Source: Batkoa obscura
Lineage: Eukaryota
Direction of reading: 5' to 3'
Length of the DNA stretch: 64,000 bases
Assembly (NCBI GenBank): GCA_030770535.1
Contig: JASVEC010000002.1
Location: forward strand, 1,488,001-1,552,000
Part shown: positions 34,784 to 45,770 of the stretch, one piece after another
Numbering within the stretch: the stretch's first letter is position 1
Layout of the letters: the number at the start of each line of letters is the position of its first letter
Notes under the pieces: model-generated
Told to the model about the DNA's origin: nothing
Seen by the model: the letters and a program-made list of their open reading frames with translations, nothing else
The model's database searches: none
Translations under genes and position numbers: made by a program

Positions 34784-36505
34784 ATGGGTTTGAAATCTAT
34801 CCTCTGCGCATTCCTTTATCTTTCAGCTTCAATTGATGGTCAATGTAATACTGTTTACCAAAGAAAAGAAATAAGACAGCTAAGTAGTGCTGAAATCCAA
34901 GCATTTTTTCAAGCTGTGAGAACATTAAATTCTGGTAATCAGCCCAGCAAATATGCCAGTTTTGTTAAAACTCATTTAACTTATGCTCCAAATAACCATG
35001 GTACTGCTAACTTTTTAGTATGGCATCGCTTGTTCTTACGTGAGTTTGAGAAAGCATTACAAGCTGTAAATCCAAATGTAGCCTTACCTTATTGGAACTG
35101 GTCATATGATTCCCAAGCTCCAGAGTTAAGTGGTGTCCTTTCAGATAACTACTTTGGTGGTGAAGGCACTGGCCAAAATAACTGTGTTACTAAAGGCCAA
35201 TTTGCTAACTGGCAATGTTATTATGACTATAATAGCAACGCCAGCCCACATTGCTTAGCTCGTAAGTTTAATGGAGGTGATGGAACAATATCTGCCTTTT
35301 ACTCCCCAGAAGCTATCCAATCGCTTATTACAAACTCAAAAACTTATGATCAATTGAGGCAACAAATTGAATACGCACCACACGGTTCAGTTCATAATGG
35401 AGTTGGTGGTGATATGCAAACAATGGCTAGCACTAACGATCCATTATTTTGGCTCCATCATGCTTTTATTGATAAAATATACCATGATTGGCAGCAGGCA
35501 AACCCAAGTTTAGCTAATACTATTAGCGGCAAAAATCAAAATAACCGTGATGTAGGTCTTAATGACATACAAGCACCTTTTAATGTTCCTTCTTCTGCGG
35601 GCTTGAATATTAACTCCCTCTGTTATACTTATACCCAAGATGGCGTTGATATTACTAAACCACCTCAAGTTAACAATACAATGCCTAATCCCACTTCTTC
35701 CTCTTCAAGTTCAAGTGCCACTCCTACTTCTACTTTACCTTCCTCAAATTCAAGTGTCGCATCGTCTTCAAGCTCAAGCGGCAGCTCCTCTACTACTTCT
35801 GGATCAAATACCTCTACTTCTTCATCTTCCGGATCAGCCTCATCTACTCCATCATCGAGCACTAGTAGCCATGGATCTTATCCCACTTATAGTTCTTATA
35901 TTCCTATTCCAAGCTACTTACCAATCAAATACAATCAGCTCAATATTAACATTACAATCGGAGTTGGTATTCCAATTTATAACAACATCCCTATCACAGG
36001 ACCAACTTATAATGATCGTCAAGATCCATACAAATTAAGGTTACCTAAACCATTGCCTGAAAGTTGGGCTAGAATGAACAATTACCCATTAACTTTAGTA
36101 CGTGAACAAGAATCTAAATTGGCTCAAGTTATTTCCGCTTATAATCAAATTGGATTTAAATCTCCAGTCTGTTTAGCTAAACGTCCAGATCTTTCTTCTC
36201 ATTTAAATATCAAATTACCAATCATCAATCTTCCCATTCTTAAGCCCCTCCCCTTTGCTCATCCTAATTATAATCCCAATATCAGTCTTCCAGAGAATGA
36301 TAATAGTTATCCTACTTCCACTTCAGATTATGATACTTCTCCAACTTCTGCTTCAAATTATGACTCTAATTCCCCAACAGGCACTCAAGATTGTGATCAA
36401 GTCATATCCGCATCATCCAAGCGTAAGCATAAAAAACACCATACTAAGCATCATACTAAGCCTGATAATCAACCAACGTATGTTTTACCAGTTTATGGGC
36501 ATTAA
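34784..36505 (+). CDS. Secreted tyrosinase (type-3 copper) with Ser-rich linker
   Basis: RKEIRQLS, HGTANFLVWHR, LPYWNW, PHGSVHNGVGGDM, DPLFWLHHAFID. Confidence 0.95.
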   Translation: MGLKSILCAFLYLSASIDGQCNTVYQRKEIRQLSSAEIQAFFQAVRTLNSGNQPSKYASFVKTHLTYAPNNHGTANFLVWHRLFLREFEKALQAVNPNVALPYWNWSYDSQAPELSGVLSDNYFGGEGTGQNNCVTKGQFANWQCYYDYNSNASPHCLARKFNGGDGTISAFYSPEAIQSLITNSKTYDQLRQQIEYAPHGSVHNGVGGDMQTMASTNDPLFWLHHAFIDKIYHDWQQANPSLANTISGKNQNNRDVGLNDIQAPFNVPSSAGLNINSLCYTYTQDGVDITKPPQVNNTMPNPTSSSSSSSATPTSTLPSSNSSVASSSSSSGSSSTTSGSNTSTSSSSGSASSTPSSSTSSHGSYPTYSSYIPIPSYLPIKYNQLNINITIGVGIPIYNNIPITGPTYNDRQDPYKLRLPKPLPESWARMNNYPLTLVREQESKLAQVISAYNQIGFKSPVCLAKRPDLSSHLNIKLPIINLPILKPLPFAHPNYNPNISLPENDNSYPTSTSDYDTSPTSASNYDSNSPTGTQDCDQVISASSKRKHKKHHTKHHTKPDNQPTYVLPVYGH

Positions 36506-36757
36506 GCTGTTTAATAGTTTTTCAAGTTTAATAAAAAAATCAATGCTGTATTGAAGAATTTTTTTAAATATTTATGTTAAGATTAGTAAGATAAGGTGGA
36601 TTTTATCATTTATTTACAGGGTTTTCCAGCAGGACTTAACAATGTTTTGCATGCTTTTAATTAAGCTGCTCCATATTTTATAAAAAATTACAGTTTAAAA
36701 CTTAATTAATTTATTGTTGCCTAAAAAAAGTAATAATAATTTAAATAAACAATAAAT

Positions 36758-36856
36758 GGGGATGTATTTTTTTGTTTAAGGATTTTACTAGCAATTTTTT
36801 CACTCAAATAGCACTTTGAAAATGGAAAAAGCAATGAAACCAAAAAATACATCACC
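36758..36856. mobile_element. ~98 bp MITE
   Basis: Family sequence; AAAT/ATAT flanks. Confidence 0.85.
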
Positions 36857-37187
36857 ATATAAATTTATTAGATCCCAACTCAAATCGCTGAATACCTAAA
36901 TTGTCATATCAAATATTGTATGGGATAATATTTAGTAATTACTTGATTATCCAATGAATCCAGTTTTAACTAAATTCAAGATTTGCCCAAAGATTTCTGG
37001 ATTTCATTCTTAGATCTTCATTCAGATTATTCTTAATTTGCTTAATTTTTAAAAAAAAATCCAATCAAAAAGAAACTATGTAAAGTTCAATTATCCCATA
37101 AAATTCAATCCAATCACTTGTAAACTGATAATTCAAATAGATTAAGTTCCAAGTTTATTTACTCTAATATTCAAAAATAAAATTTCA

Positions 37188-37604
37188 ATGAGTTTATTCA
37201 CTAAATTACCATTATTGAAGTCCAGCTTTCAAACACCATTGTACACCAGCTTCCGTAGCTTACAACAAAAAGCGTTATATCTTGGTAACATACCCTTTAA
37301 TTTACAACGTGAAGAGTTAGAAGATTTAGTCAGTAAATATGGTACCATTTATCGCTTAAGTTATCCAACAGATCCATTAGGTCGATTCAAAGGTATTGCT
37401 TTTGTTAACTATGAAAGTAGTGTAGCCGATAAAGTGTTAGAGGAATTAAACGGGGCTTACATTAAGGGTCGAAGCATTAAAGTTGCTTTGGCTAAAATGC
37501 AACCTGGGGATGAGATTGTTCAAGACAGAGAAGAGGAAGGTATTGCAGGTAGAATTGTGGAGAAAATTGAACAAGATTCTGAAAAGAAGGGTAGCTTAGA
37601 GTAA
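37188..37604 (+). CDS. Single-RRM RNA-binding protein, probably mitochondrial
   Basis: RNP2 LYLGNIP, RNP1 KGIAFVNY; basic, acid-free N-terminus. Confidence 0.88.
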   Translation: MSLFTKLPLLKSSFQTPLYTSFRSLQQKALYLGNIPFNLQREELEDLVSKYGTIYRLSYPTDPLGRFKGIAFVNYESSVADKVLEELNGAYIKGRSIKVALAKMQPGDEIVQDREEEGIAGRIVEKIEQDSEKKGSLE

Positions 37605-38385
37605 ATTGGAGCTGGATATAGAAATTTCTTATGATAAGCGAGGATAATAATAAATTTAGAGTGCATATAATTTTATGAGAAGATGGAATAAAATTTTAGT
37701 TTTTAATAAAAACAAAACATAATGTATTGATTCTAATATTATGATTTTGGTTAAATTATGTGTGAAGTATACTATCTAGATGTTTATTGTGGTTCAAGCT
37801 ATTCTCTTTCAGAGGTGAAATTGAATATAGTTTAATAGATCCAGATATCAAACTTTATTTAATATTTAAAGTAAAATTTTTAAATCCTTTAGTATTGTTT
37901 TTAAATTCCAGTAATTTTTATAAATTCTTTAGAGAGGGACACTTAAGTAAATAAACTTGAAAGGGTCCAGAGTATTTTTACAAGTTAAAGAAAGATGGAT
38001 TTGTTAAAAATGCGTCCCTTTATTTACTTTTAAAACTCATTTCTCTTAACTTTATTAACTAATTCAATTTTTAATAATAGATCGAAATCCCTTTTAATTT
38101 TAACTCAATTTAAACTTTCATGAACCAAGTGCCAAATAATGAGCACATTGACTTTTTTAATTAGAATTCATAATTTATAAAAATAGTAGCACCCAATTAA
38201 ATATTTAAACACATTATTTATAAACTCAATTGGTGGTGACCCTTATTTTTTAAATAAAAATTGTACTTAGGGGGTTAGATCTAAATGTACTATTATTTCA
38301 CACTTAGTTATGAGTTAATTTTTTTACACTTTGTTTTTGTACTTTTTATTATTATTCTTTACTGCTCAAATTCCAATTTTGGAAA

Positions 38386-40456
38386 AGTAAGTCCCAACAT
38401 AAAACCCATTATAATCAGTGCATTTATCTAACCTTAACCCATAGTGTCCGAACAACAATATGATCAAAACGTCTATCCAGAGCTCAATGACAATTATGAT
38501 GATAATGATATTCATTCGTTAACAACAAGTATAAATCAACTAAATCATATGGATAGATTACGACTCAAAAGGGTTATAAAAATGAAAAAAGCTGATTACA
38601 CTTCAGCATTAGCCACGGCAACTCATATAATAACTTTAGAACATTGTAATTTTAACGACCGATTATTTGTATGTGATATCTATTATAAGTTAGATAAGTA
38701 TGAAGAGTGTTTAGAAAGTATGAAAGAGTATGAAATTGAGGATTTAATTCTAGAATGGAAATGTTATCTTGGATTAAAACAATATGATAAAGTGATTGGG
38801 AGTGGAAAGTTTTTGGAAAGTATAAACAATAATAATGATTATGGAATAGAGGAGAGACAGAATATAAGTCAATTGTATGTATTACGTGGTCTGGCATTTA
38901 TTTCTAAAAGGGCGCTCTTCAGGGGTAAAAATAATTTAACTAAAGGATTCCAAATGAACTATTTTAATCGAGAGCCATTAACTTATTTAATGAAATATAA
39001 GTTATTGGATAGAACTTCGATAAGGGAATTAATCACTTTAAATAATTGGCATCAAAGTATGGAAGATGATGAGCAAAAATTTTTAGAGAGGAGGAAAGAG
39101 TATTTGATTTATTTTTTAAATGAAATGGAGGAGAAAGAGTATTTGGAGTTTGATATCAACAATGGGGAATATGACAATAATCTAATATTAACTATAGGTA
39201 AAATAGCGTTTAAAAAAGGAGATTTTAAAAAATGTCAAGATATATATGAAGTATATATTAATAGATATACACCTAACATAGAAAGCTTGGATGAATTTAT
39301 TTATTGTCTATATTATTTAAAGGATATAGAAGGATTGATCAGGATTCGACAATTAATACATGATACAGATGAAAATTCAGCTCAATATTTATTAGTTAAT
39401 GGAATTATTTTTAAATTTAATGAAAGGTGTGATAAATGTTATGATTATTTTGAAATGATAATAGACAAATATCCAAATTACATAATGGGATCGTTGATTA
39501 TTAGTGACATTATGATGGAGCTACAAAGCTATGAAAGAGTATTAAGATTATTAATAAATATAGTAACATTAGAAAAAGAAACTATTATGGCATATGTATT
39601 ATTAATTAAATATTATAGAATAACTAAAAACAAAGAGGAGGGTATACTTTATTATAATTTACTTAACAAAAGAGTAAAAAAGCATCCTGAATATGATAAT
39701 CCAATAGTCCATTTTGAAATGGGTTTATTTGTATTTGGGGAATCGATAAAGAGCTCAACAATTGCAAGGAGTAGGTTTATCAAGGCTTTAATCGAAATTG
39801 AAAAAATAGGGTGTAAAAAAGAGTACTTGAATATGTTAGAATTACTTTATTTAAAATTAGGAAAATGCCAAATGGTTTTGAAAGAGTTTGAATGTGCAAC
39901 GGAAAATTTTAGTAAATGCTTAGAAATTAGCCCGTTGAACTTTGAAGGATTATTAGGAAGATCGAGAGCACTACTAGAGATTTCAAAAATTTGTTTGGAA
40001 ATGAACAGTGGATTTGGAGATTCTAAAAAGACGGAGGGATATATTAATAATATTGTAAATAGACCAGCGATAAATAAGAAAAGAAAGAAAATTGAAGTAG
40101 ATGTTAGAGAATTAGACCCTAACACCTTACATGAACAAAGTAAAAAGGATTATCGACAATTAGCTAGTATTGATCCCACCAACAAAGAGTTACAAAAAGA
40201 GTATGAAAAACTAAATAATTTCAATTTACACTATGGCGTTAAAGCGATGGGTAACGATAAATCGAATTCTTTTCCGTTATTTCCAAGCTTTCAGCTGCCT
40301 GCTCCTTCAAGTTTTATGGAGGAAAAACAGAAGGAATATTTAAAAAATAAGAGGTCCAGAGTGAAAGAGGATTCTTTAATTATTATTCAAAAATTATTGA
40401 GAAGTGAATATCATGAACCTATTATGATGAATCAATTGAAGCCTGATTTCATGTAA
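38386..40456 (+). CDS. TPR protein, divergent Cdc16/Apc6-like; start codon split by intron 38387-38444
   Basis: 670-codon ORF with TPR-like helices (YLKLGKCQMVLKEFECATENFSKCLEISP); N-terminus recalls Cut9/Cdc16; A|TG forms on splicing. Confidence 0.7.
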
Positions 40457-41201
40457 ATTGGTAGAATATCTGTTTTAAGGTGATAAATGAGCTTTGAGTT
40501 ACAAAGCTTATTAATATGTTTATTTTATGTTTAATAATATTATTTTTGTTGAAGGAAAGATCATATGATATGATGCTTCGGCTGGGCCGCCATTGAAACA
40601 TTCATGGATAATTAAGAAAGTAAAGGGCTAAGGCCTTAAGTTGTTTCCGCTTCCCATTAATTATTGGGAATTCTTTTCAACTAATCAACCACTTAGGAAT
40701 TTTTCTTTCAAGAATTTCAAGATATGGTACTTGTTTTTTAAACAATTCATCAATATAGTTATAAATAAAAATAAAAACTGAGGATGGTTAATAATTTTGC
40801 TATTTTATTACAATTTATTTTATTTATAATATTAACAATACGAACTTTAAACCCGACATTGGTTTTTAGAAAGATTTCTAGATTAATTTATTAGCATGAT
40901 TTTAACACTTGTAATTGCTAGAATATCTTTCCTCAATTCTAATAAATTTGATCCAAAAATAGTTTTATTATAAAATATAAATTTGTAATATTTTATATCA
41001 AATTACCAAAGGTATTGAAATTGGACTATTAATTGTCAACCCGCTATAAAATAATCCAGTAATAAATGAAGGAAAGGATAATGACATTAATAACAATGAT
41101 TAAAAATATACATAATAAATAACTCAAGCTAATTCAAAAGGGTATATAACAGCCCATGGCAACTCTATAATATTAATAAAAAATTATAAAAAATAAAACT
41201 A

Positions 41202-42875
41202 ATGAATTTAACTGGTTTAAAATTAATATCATTATACTTACTCATAACTGAAGCCAGCTCTTCACCATTGAGTTTATATCGTCGCCATGGAAATGAAAAT
41301 CATTCTACTATGTCGAATATGAATAATAATAATCCAATGGAATCAAATAGTGATGCTGGACATTCAATGATGTCTAATATGGCTACTAATCAACCATGTG
41401 ATCATTCTAAATTACAACGTCGTCATGGAGAAGAAGGTCATTCATCAATGCCTGGTATGGAAGGTATGACTAATATGGAAGAGATGCCTACTATGAACAA
41501 TAATAGTCCAATGGGATCTCAATCTAATCAAGACCACTCTAATATGTCTGACATGAATACTAAACAGCCATGTGATCACTCTAAGTTACAACGTCGTCAT
41601 GGAGAAGAAGGTCACTCATCAATGCCTGGTATGGAAAGTATGACTAATATGGAAGAGATGCCTACTATGAACAATAATAGTCCAATGGGATCTCAATCTA
41701 ATCAAGACCACTCTAATATGTCTGACATGAATACTAAACAGCCATGTGATCACTCTAAGTTACAACGTCGTCATGGAGAAGAAGGTCACTCATCAATGCC
41801 TGGTATGGAAAGCATGACTAATATGGAAGAGATGCCTACTATGAACAATAATAGTCCAATGGGATCTCAATCTAATCAAGACCACTCTAATATGTCTGAC
41901 ATGAATACTAAACAGCCATGTGATCACTCTAAATTACAACGTCGTCATGGTGATGAAAATCATGTTAATATGCCAAATGAAGCGTTTATGCAAAATATGG
42001 ATACTATGGAAGATATGCCAGATATGCCAGGAATGGAAAATATGGCTAGTGATAGTGCCCCAATGGAAAGTACTATGATGTCTGGTGATGCTTCAATGGA
42101 AAATATGCCCAATATTCCAAGCATGAGTCAAAACACTGAAATGAATGGTAATATGATGTCTGGTGATGCTGCAATAAATAACATGGGAGATAACAGTGCC
42201 TCGATGCCTAACATGGCTGCTTTCAGTGCTCCAATCGAGTCCCAAACTACTGAAGATCATTCAACTATGGCAAATATGGGTATTAAAACCCCATGTAAAC
42301 ATTCTAAATTGCAACGCCGTCATGGAGATGAAGATCACTCTGCTATGCCAATGCCCAACAAAGCTGTTGCACAAGACCATTCTAATATGCCAATGCCCAA
42401 CAAAGCTGTTACACAAGATCATTCTAATATGCCAATGCCAAATAATGCTCCAATGGCAGCTGTTACTATGTCAGATAAAATTGAAGATTATCCAATTTAT
42501 ACCAATTCTAATGGGATTTATAAATGTAAAGCGGATTATGGGGTTGATAGTAGGAATAATAATCAAAATGACAATAATAATAAAAACAATAACAATAACC
42601 AAAACAAATACCCTACCAATCCTAATTATGAGGGCAGTAATCAAAATAACAATAAATACCCAGCAAACCCAACCTACAATAATATCGATGAATCTAAGCA
42701 ATCCCAAGATCAAAAAGCAGATACCCAAATTGGTCATGATACTGCTGCGGAAGGGAAAAAGGGAATTGATATGTCTAAAATGAAGATGCCAGCTGTTAAA
42801 ATTCCAATAGTCGGAGATCCATTATCTATGGTTGATCCTAGGTATTTATTAAAATGGGTTATACCTAAGATTTAA
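41202..42875 (+). CDS. Secreted Kex2-processed repeat polyprotein (family B), His/Met-rich
   Basis: Signal peptide, six RR|HG sites, three near-identical 58-aa units, YTNSNGIYKCKADY, Asn-rich tract, KIPIVGD tail. Confidence 0.93.
   Translation: MNLTGLKLISLYLLITEASSSPLSLYRRHGNENHSTMSNMNNNNPMESNSDAGHSMMSNMATNQPCDHSKLQRRHGEEGHSSMPGMEGMTNMEEMPTMNNNSPMGSQSNQDHSNMSDMNTKQPCDHSKLQRRHGEEGHSSMPGMESMTNMEEMPTMNNNSPMGSQSNQDHSNMSDMNTKQPCDHSKLQRRHGEEGHSSMPGMESMTNMEEMPTMNNNSPMGSQSNQDHSNMSDMNTKQPCDHSKLQRRHGDENHVNMPNEAFMQNMDTMEDMPDMPGMENMASDSAPMESTMMSGDASMENMPNIPSMSQNTEMNGNMMSGDAAINNMGDNSASMPNMAAFSAPIESQTTEDHSTMANMGIKTPCKHSKLQRRHGDEDHSAMPMPNKAVAQDHSNMPMPNKAVTQDHSNMPMPNNAPMAAVTMSDKIEDYPIYTNSNGIYKCKADYGVDSRNNNQNDNNNKNNNNNQNKYPTNPNYEGSNQNNNKYPANPTYNNIDESKQSQDQKADTQIGHDTAAEGKKGIDMSKMKMPAVKIPIVGDPLSMVDPRYLLKWVIPKI
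41418..41939 (+). repeat. Three coding tandem repeats of 174 nt
   Basis: cgtcgtcatgg recurs at 41418, 41592, 41766 and 41940. Confidence 0.97.
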
Positions 42876-43711
42876 AAAAAGGATTGATTATATTAAATTA
42901 ATAAATAAAGACTAATTCTAAATTTTTTTAAATATTTAAGTTTGTTTTCTGTGATATTTGGAAAGATTGAAGTTTGATAATAAGGAGTTAGCTATATAAC
43001 AATAATTTTATTAGATTGATATTATTAATTAAAACTGTAATTAGAATCTACTATTCCCTAATATCAAGTATTTGAATCTTTTATTGTTGCGTTGACTTGA
43101 CAACTTTGAAAATCCTCAACTTTGGATCCTATATTATTGAGATTATTTATCAAGTTTTTCTTAGTCTTTACTATGAAACTAATCCATCCTTGGGTATAAA
43201 CAACAATTAAGAAACGGTGGAAACTCTTACCTGAAAAGCTGAAACATAACTAATTACACATTAAATCCTACTAAAATAATATATTAGCATTTAAGCGTTA
43301 AACTCAGAAAGCTAACTTTTTCATTGAGTCTTGATCTAACTTGAATTCATGTCTTCCTCATTTTACTTCTTATCTTAAAAAGATCAAATCTTCAATATAA
43401 ACAAGCGATGCCAAAAAATACTTATCTTTGATACAATAACAATAAGCACATGAGGATATTATCTTTGGTTTATTGCTGTTAAGCGGAAAAACATTAATAA
43501 ATCCCTCAAATAAAAAATCATTCTTGTATATTAAAATAACTAAATATAGAAATACTAGTACTAAGGAAATATATTAGTAATTGAATTAGAATCAATTTAA
43601 AAAAATTATTTGGCTAAGGTATTTATAGCTATTTTAAGTAGCTTTGTCTAATATAATATAACATATTAATATATTTACAATAGCTGAATAATAAACTTAA
43701 TATTTTTGTTC

Positions 43712-43962
43712 TTTATTGAACTCAGTCCTGGGCTACTTGGCCGTGATGAAAGTCCTGGTGAGCTATTGCATTAGTTTAAGCTAATGCTTTGCTATCATCA
43801 ACGAGCTAAAGCACTTTATAGTTAAAACTGAGTGCCTCGTGCATATTGTTAATCCTCGATGATAATTGGGGCCTAGTAGGTCTATTTTTGTTGAGTTCTA
43901 ATTGTTAGCCCTAAAGGCCTTCATCTATTGAATAGAGGTGGATGTCTGATTGCGCTTTTTTC
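43712..43962 (+). other. GC-elevated, hairpin-rich island; candidate structured ncRNA
   Basis: GTGATGA..CTGA boxes, RNase MRP-like motifs, ACTCAGT/ACTGAGT complementarity; no ORF. Confidence 0.3.
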
Positions 43963-44363
43963 TGATGTAAACAAGTAATAGTTCTAAAATCTTAAAATAT
44001 GATAACAAACTATACTTAAAAGCCGTTGTTACTATTATGTAAGATAGTAAATTAACTTTTTATTTAAACTATTAAGTTACTTAATATACATTAGTTCATT
44101 ACATGTTTACATTGTGTATTAATCAAGTAGTACATAATTTGATTTTAATAGCTGTTTTAAAAGGCTTTTATGTTAACTTATTTCAGTAGATTAAAATATA
44201 AATATATTGTAAAGCTTTATCATAATTTTAACTATGTTAATTATTGAAAGTGGGTAGTGTTGTATAAGAAGATTCTTTAAAAATAGTAGCACATTATTTT
44301 AATCAAAAATTAAGACAAATCAATTAAACATATAAAACTATTTATTAAACTATAAAGCTACTC

Positions 44364-45770
44364 CTATTTTAAAAGTTTGTTAATTCCTTCTTTCTCGGTA
44401 TTAATATAAACTTTATGCGATTGTTCAAAACCATTAAATTCCATATTAAAGCAAGTAGAATATGATCCCATATTTTCAAAATATAGCCAATCTTCTAATT
44501 TGAGTTCTGGTAATTTCAATCCTTTTTCAATATTAATTTTATCTTTAGCACCTAAAGCAGGACCCCACAAAGAGCATTCGACATCATTTTCTGTAGATTC
44601 AATCTTTGGATAGATTTCATCACCTCTTTTTAAGATCCTAGGCTTATATAAAATTTGAGGTATAAATGCACCTTCAGCAAAGGATTTAAATACACCATCG
44701 TTTAAATAATACATGATACTTTTAGATTTATAATCATCATTGGATTCACAAACACGTTTACCAATAACAGTTGTAGCTAAAGTGAAATAAGAAGCAGCAA
44801 AGAACCTACCAGGTTCAGCAATAAATGACACGTCTTCTTTTTGATAATATAAATCTAAAGCTTCAGTTACTGCTTTGGCGATTTCAATAAATTCCTTCTT
44901 GTTTTGATGTCCTGGGAAACCACCACCAATATCTAATACTTTGATATTAATATCTAATTTTTTGGCTTGATCAAATACTAATTTTGATCTTCTAATAGTT
45001 TCTACATAAGACTGTGGGTTTAAACAATCACTACCTACATGAAAACTAATACCAGTAACATTCAAGTTTAATTCTTTGGCTGTTTTTAATAAATCAACGC
45101 AAGATCCATTCACTTCAGCACCAAATTTTTCGCCAAAAGGTACTTTAGAGTTACAATCCATTGGTAATATACGTAAATATAATTCAGCATCGGGATAGTA
45201 TTTATGGGTCTTATGTAATTCTTCCAAGTTATCAAAGGTCATCTTTTTTACTGAATTTTGTCTAGCAAATCTGAGATGAGATACTTGTTTACATGGATTA
45301 GCATAGATGATATCCTCTGGTTTAACTCCATGTTGTAACATGGTGTTTATTTCTTTTTTACTAGCACAATCAAATCCAATCCCAATAGCTGCCATTAACT
45401 TCAACATACTACTATCTGGATTCGATTTCACTGCATAAAAAGGCTTGACCATAGGTAAATTTTCTGTCCATAACTTATACATACGATATGTTTCGCCTAA
45501 ATCTCCGACTAAGAAGGAATCTTCCATACCATTTTCGAGTTCTTTTTTAATCATGGTTAAAGCATCACATGTTGGTAGGTTATTGAAGTAAGATTTAAGA
45601 CTTGGTTTTTCACTCAATAAAGCGGAAAAGGTACGTTTAACAGATTCTTTTAAGCCAGGATCAGAAAATAAACTTGGGTCTAATAATTTTAAATTGCTTG
45701 TCTTTTTCTGCTTTGGAGAAGGAAAGAAGGTAGCTTGAGTTGGGCTAATTACTTGTAATGAATAATCCAT
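44364..45770 (-). CDS. Ornithine decarboxylase-family PLP protein lacking Cys360/Asp361 equivalents
   Basis: PFYAVKSNP, GFDCAS, YANPCK, SFHVGS, DIGGGFPG and AEPGRF are present; WGPALGAKD replaces WGPTCDGLD; first ATG at 45770. Confidence 0.9.
   Translation of the reverse strand: MDYSLQVISPTQATFFPSPKQKKTSNLKLLDPSLFSDPGLKESVKRTFSALLSEKPSLKSYFNNLPTCDALTMIKKELENGMEDSFLVGDLGETYRMYKLWTENLPMVKPFYAVKSNPDSSMLKLMAAIGIGFDCASKKEINTMLQHGVKPEDIIYANPCKQVSHLRFARQNSVKKMTFDNLEELHKTHKYYPDAELYLRILPMDCNSKVPFGEKFGAEVNGSCVDLLKTAKELNLNVTGISFHVGSDCLNPQSYVETIRRSKLVFDQAKKLDINIKVLDIGGGFPGHQNKKEFIEIAKAVTEALDLYYQKEDVSFIAEPGRFFAASYFTLATTVIGKRVCESNDDYKSKSIMYYLNDGVFKSFAEGAFIPQILYKPRILKRGDEIYPKIESTENDVECSLWGPALGAKDKINIEKGLKLPELKLEDWLYFENMGSYSTCFNMEFNGFEQSHKVYINTEKEGINKLLK

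Noticed and set aside
41418..41950. Regularly spaced repeats as a CRISPR-like array
   Set aside because: Units are fully repeated 174-nt in-frame coding repeats with no unique spacers, in eukaryotic DNA with no cas genes.
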